A DNA stretch of 61,447 nt, the filler included. It is 10 parts of 10 records of this genome, joined end to end, with 100 filler letters (N's around TTAATTAATTAA, not from the genome) between each part and the next. Parts side by side here need not be neighbours in the genome. Positions count along the whole stretch, not along the records: positions 55,655 to 61,447 come from SRR31156797_71585; 9 more parts are not named here. The stretch is one strand, 5' to 3'. Under the pieces are notes generated by a model. It did not search any database. It was given only the letters and a program-made list of their open reading frames with translations, and was not told where the DNA came from. Position numbers and translations under genes: made by a program. Shown one piece after another: positions 59,277-61,447 of the stretch (position 1 is the stretch's first letter; each line of letters begins with the position of its first letter).

Positions 59277-60170
59277 ATGACAAATAATGTTTATTATTAC
59301 CTTCTTGGCTTACATATTATTATATGTATTATTTATTTGTTGTTTTTTTATAGAAAAGGTCCTCTTTACAAATGCTTCTTTCCTGTTGTAGTTTTTTTTC
59401 CGCACATTTGGACTATGATGTTTTTAATTGGCAGAACTATAATATACCAAATAAATAGAAAAGTTGAATATAATAAAGACGAACTGATACTGCCAGGATA
59501 TAACGGAAAATCTTTAGTTGAGCTGGATAAGGAAAAGGAAACAAATATTGTGCCTGTCGAGGAAGCCTTGCTAATGAATGAGTATGATGTTAAGAGAAGA
59601 ATGGTAATAGAAGTAGCTAAAAGAGACCCAGCAGGGTACTTGGAGAAATTAAAATTAGCACTTTTATCAGAAGATACAGAGACAGCGCACTACGCGGCTT
59701 CAAGTATTTCACACCTAAAAAGGACTAATGACAAGAGGCTCAGAGAAGCCAAAGAGAACTATGAAAAGTTAAGAAACATTTATGAGATAAGGGTTGAATA
59801 TATTGATGCACTAAAGATGGTAATTGAATCCAAACTAAGCATTGATGCTATTATTTCCGAATATGTAGATGACTTGATTAGTGTATTAGAGAAACACATT
59901 CAAGTAGGTGAACTCATAAATCCCGAAACATTTGATTCTCTTTTGGATAATCTAATACGACAGGATAGACTAGATGAAGCAATTAAGTGGACAGATGAAT
60001 ATGAAAGTCTCTATCCAGATAATGAGAAGCCAATGGTATATGAGCTAAAGATAAGTTATTTAAAAAAAGATAGATTTGCTTTTGACGAATCAATGGACAG
60101 GATTATGAATGCAGGATTTACTCTATCCCAAGAGACTGTGGATATGATAAATTTCTGGAAGGGAAAATGA
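59277..60170 (+). CDS. pelE: PelE-like protein (2 TM + HEAT/TPR)
   Basis: NIVPVEEALL, KR..V, ALLSEDTETAHYAA; position between pelD and DUF2194. Confidence 0.72.
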   Translation: MTNNVYYYLLGLHIIICIIYLLFFYRKGPLYKCFFPVVVFFPHIWTMMFLIGRTIIYQINRKVEYNKDELILPGYNGKSLVELDKEKETNIVPVEEALLMNEYDVKRRMVIEVAKRDPAGYLEKLKLALLSEDTETAHYAASSISHLKRTNDKRLREAKENYEKLRNIYEIRVEYIDALKMVIESKLSIDAIISEYVDDLISVLEKHIQVGELINPETFDSLLDNLIRQDRLDEAIKWTDEYESLYPDNEKPMVYELKISYLKKDRFAFDESMDRIMNAGFTLSQETVDMINFWKGK

Positions 60171-61447
60171 TGCACAGTACAAAACATACTATAAGGTTTA
60201 TATCGATAGTAATTGCCTTATCAATAATAACTATTATGGTTATAATTATAAGCTACGATTTCTTTCTTGATGTAGATTACAGAACTAACAGCAGTATCGT
60301 CGTTAATACAAAAGAGAATGGAATAGTATTTGATAAATCTGATACTAGAGAATATAAGATTATATACGATGATAGTCAAGAGCACAGTGCTTCATTAAAA
60401 GATAGCTTTGCTAGAGTTTTTGAAATTACTAAGGTGAATTACAGCGAGTTTGAGAAAGCTGATAATGTAAGCTTTAGTAAAGATGATTTTATAATAATTA
60501 CTTTAACTGACTGGCTGGGCAGTGAAAATATAATTGAGTCTGCGCTTGAAGCTGCATATGAAGGAGCCAGTCTGTTGGTAGCATATGCACCTGTATATGA
60601 TGATTACTTTAGAGCAAAGGCGGATATACTTTCGTTTGAAGTAACAGATCACATATGGGATGAAATCTACACTGAAGGATATGAAGTAGTGGATGATGTC
60701 TTGCTGGGAATGAAATTTGGCGAAATCTATAAAGATGCTTCCATTAACGATTATATCTTTGATATAGAGCTAAAAGGCAATGCAAAAGTCTACCTAAAAG
60801 CAATTGACGGAACACCTATGTATTATACTAATAAATATGGTGAAGGCTGTATAGGGGTTTATAATGGTCAAAACATCGTCGAAAGATATATGGATGGTAT
60901 GTTATTAGGACTTCTTGGTACATTAGGGAATGATTACATCTATCCAATAGCGAATTCAGGTCTTATGTTCATTGACGACTGGCCTGCACCATTTAGAGGT
61001 GAAAATGATGTTATCAGGGAACAGTATGGTATGGATGTTGATGAATTTATGAGGTATATATGGTGGCCTGATATGCTTGCTCTGGCAAAACAATACGGTA
61101 TGGTCTATATGGGGCAGTATATATTGACTTATACAGATATTATTCATGAGCCATTTATTGTAGATGGGATTGAGTTTGACACAAACATGTATGCATTTGG
61201 ACAGCAGATAATTAAATATGGCGGGGAGCTGGGGCTGCATGGCTATAATCATCAACCATTACGATATTCAGGCTATTCTGAGGAAAGCGGATTGGATTAT
61301 AAGAAATGGGATAGTTATGATGAATCTGTAACAGCACTGCAGACAGCCATTGACGTTATAAAGGAAAGCTTTCCTGATTATGAAATGCACAGCTATGTTC
61401 CTCCGTCAAATGTAATGGATGAAGAGGGCATAGAAGCTGTTAAGGAA
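60167..61447 (+). CDS. DUF2194 / PelA deacetylase-like protein (runs off the window)
   Basis: Absent from the ORF track (no stop). ATGA overlap with pelE; in-frame FIDDWPAP, WWPDML, GELGLHGYNHQPL, YVPPSN. Confidence 0.82.
   Translation, partial: MMHSTKHTIRFISIVIALSIITIMVIIISYDFFLDVDYRTNSSIVVNTKENGIVFDKSDTREYKIIYDDSQEHSASLKDSFARVFEITKVNYSEFEKADNVSFSKDDFIIITLTDWLGSENIIESALEAAYEGASLLVAYAPVYDDYFRAKADILSFEVTDHIWDEIYTEGYEVVDDVLLGMKFGEIYKDASINDYIFDIELKGNAKVYLKAIDGTPMYYTNKYGEGCIGVYNGQNIVERYMDGMLLGLLGTLGNDYIYPIANSGLMFIDDWPAPFRGENDVIREQYGMDVDEFMRYIWWPDMLALAKQYGMVYMGQYILTYTDIIHEPFIVDGIEFDTNMYAFGQQIIKYGGELGLHGYNHQPLRYSGYSEESGLDYKKWDSYDESVTALQTAIDVIKESFPDYEMHSYVPPSNVMDEEGIEAVKE

Overview
This window is not one genomic locus. 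It is a concatenation of ten unrelated contigs of about 5-8 kb, joined by nine artificial 100-bp linkers (N-run + TTAATTAATTAA + N-run, stop codons in all six frames). Gene content suggests an anoxic-community metagenome; all taxon calls are inferred from gene style only. C1 (1-5920, Desulfobacterota-like): MCP, solute-binding protein, an orphan transposase-associated gene and a stand-alone PfaA-type acyltransferase carrying a PilZ-like insert. C2 (6021-11334, spirochaete-like): GntR/LacI regulator, sugar ABC transporter, SnoaL-like protein. C3 (11435-16706, alphaproteobacterial): cysG-DUF2849-sulfite reductase, Zn dehydrogenase, TAXI protein. C4 (16807-22426): non-pyrrolysine MttB methyltransferase, BCCT transporter, proline racemase family, amidohydrolase, PAS regulator. 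C5 (22527-27885): a decaying surface-polysaccharide locus interspersed with 7-bp repeat arrays, toxin-antitoxin cassettes, a 67-bp inverted-repeat element and a four-helix-bundle gene. C6 (27986-36381): ackA, pta, ilvE, groES/groEL. C7 (36482-43569): msbA/LPS genes. C8 (43670-49828): HPD-LRR protein, DUF4139, SDR, DMT transporters. C9 (49929-55554): a sigma-54 operon of two lipoyl-less GcvH-fold proteins, each with two Cys4 motifs, plus a PhaF/histone-like protein. C10 (55655-61447, low GC, Bacillota-like): M15A peptidase and the start of a Gram-positive pel operon. The best candidates for undescribed systems are the heptamer-array/cassette architecture in C5, the lipoyl-less GcvH pair with a complete sigma-54/IHF/UAS promoter in C9, the AT-PilZ fusion in C1 and the MttB-BCCT-racemase-amidohydrolase module in C4. 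No rRNA, tRNA or CRISPR array was recognised. Family assignments come from motif recognition by eye, not database searches.
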